From Myxococcota bacterium (GTDB taxonomy: Bacteria > Myxococcota_A > UBA9160 > UBA4427), in the NCBI GenBank assembly GCA_036336835.1, contig JAYZFK010000052.1, positions 1 through 39,687 of the forward strand: a DNA stretch of 39,687 nt, written 5' to 3'. Below are positions 38,660 through 39,687 of this stretch, piece by piece; positions within the stretch are counted from its first letter, which is position 1; each line of letters begins with the position of its first letter. Under the pieces are notes generated by a model. It worked only from the letters and a program-made list of their open reading frames with translations. It was not told the DNA's origin and searched no databases. Both the position numbers and the translations under genes were made by a program.

Positions 38660-39687
38660 GTGCGACTCGACTACGGGCTGTTCGACCTGGACAACCACTA
38701 CTACGAAACCGAGGAAGCGTTCACGCGCTATCTGGAGCCCGCGTACCGGGGTCGCTTCAGCGCCGCCTTCCTGCTCTTCGGTGAAGAGAGACAGTTCGGC
38801 GAGCTCGGAGACCGAAGCCCGGGACAGGAAGACTGGGTGCTGCGTCCGGGATCACTGAAGGAGTACCTGCACAAGCTGAAGTCGGGTGAGGAGGGAGAGG
38901 GCTACGGCCTGATGCCAGCACTGCCGGGGTTCCGAGACCGCGACGAGCGCCTCGCGCTGATGGATCAACAGGGAATCGACGCCTGCGCGATGTTCTCGAC
39001 GGCCGTTTCCACCGAGCACCGCATCGAGGATCCGAAGGCGCTCTACGCGCACCTGCGTGCCCTCAATCGCTGGGTCGAAGACGAGTGGGGGTATGCGTAC
39101 AAGGAGCGCATCTTCTGTCCCGCCTTCATGTCGCTTCGGGATCGCGACATGGCGATCGACGAACTCGAGCGGGTGATCCGCGGCGGAGCGCGCGCCATCA
39201 ATCTGAGACCGGGACACGCGTACGGTCGCTCCGCTGCCGACCCGCACTTCGATCCCTTCTGGGCCCGCGTCAACGAAGCGCGAATTTCCGTGCTCTTCCA
39301 TCAGGGAGAGGGTGGGCACAACAAAGCGCTCGCATCCCTCTGGGGGTATGACCCGGATGTCCACGTGTTCAAGTTTTCAGCCTGGCAGTGGCTCAACAGC
39401 TACGGTGACGTTGCGGTCATGGCAGCACTCTCCCAGCTCATCTACGACAATCTGTTCGGCCGTTTCCCCAACATCAAGGTCGCGAGCGTCGAGAACGGCG
39501 CCGGCTGGCTTCCATACTTCATGGCTCGGATCGACAAGATGAGGGGCATGGGGCGCAACGGGCCGTGGATCGGCGGGCCGCTCGAGGAGCGGCCGACCGC
39601 GATCGCCCGGCGCCACGTCGTCGTCACACCGTACCCGGAGGACGACGTGGCGAGCCTGGTGGAGGCCGTGGGCCACCAGATGATCGC
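38660..39687 (+). CDS. Amidohydrolase_2 family metal-dependent hydrolase (3'-truncated; absent from ORF track)
   Basis: AGGAG RBS and GTG start. My translation reads VRLDYGLFDLDNHYYE...RLALMDQQGID...NRWVEDEWG...DPHFDPFWAR..EA...FH...RFPNIKVASVENGAGW, and the frame is open to the window end. Confidence 0.9.
   Translation, partial: MRLDYGLFDLDNHYYETEEAFTRYLEPAYRGRFSAAFLLFGEERQFGELGDRSPGQEDWVLRPGSLKEYLHKLKSGEEGEGYGLMPALPGFRDRDERLALMDQQGIDACAMFSTAVSTEHRIEDPKALYAHLRALNRWVEDEWGYAYKERIFCPAFMSLRDRDMAIDELERVIRGGARAINLRPGHAYGRSAADPHFDPFWARVNEARISVLFHQGEGGHNKALASLWGYDPDVHVFKFSAWQWLNSYGDVAVMAALSQLIYDNLFGRFPNIKVASVENGAGWLPYFMARIDKMRGMGRNGPWIGGPLEERPTAIARRHVVVTPYPEDDVASLVEAVGHQMI

Noticed and set aside
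35929..38784. 951-aa plus-strand ORF and other long antisense ORFs (1021..2838, 19782..21923, 26660..29197, 29749..31221)
   Set aside because: These are antisense shadows of motif-bearing genes, expected at high GC3, and carry no recognisable motifs.

Overview
High-GC bacterial chromosomal segment with about 32 densely packed protein-coding genes. I found no rRNA, tRNA, CRISPR array or mobile element. Left to right: (1) a hydrolase run of a 5'-truncated amidohydrolase, a membrane-anchored Cys-type sulfatase, a GST-family protein, a two-HKD phospholipase D and an SDR; (2) an 8.5-kb divergent block of five different polytopic membrane proteins that look like GT-C (lipid-phosphate-sugar-dependent) glycosyltransferases, with no donor synthase or flippase nearby; (3) a crotonase, an orphan Rieske oxygenase alpha subunit, a luciferase-like (probably F420-dependent) oxidoreductase and a DUF547 protein, with short coding-like mini-ORFs or gene remnants at the junctions; (4) an AtuA / biotin-dependent acyl-CoA carboxylase / TetR operon divergent from an AtuE/LiuC-like hydratase, a TIGR03084-like protein, two tandem alpha/beta acyl-CoA dehydrogenase pairs, an SDR and a CoA ligase; (5) a minus-strand run of an orphan ACAD paralog, a double hot-dog dehydratase, an unknown protein and a second LLM oxidoreductase, with two promoters that share a 17-bp motif; (6) a 3'-truncated amidohydrolase absent from the ORF track. 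Several genes appear to be transcribed as leaderless mRNAs. All family calls come from motif recognition by eye; no database search was run.
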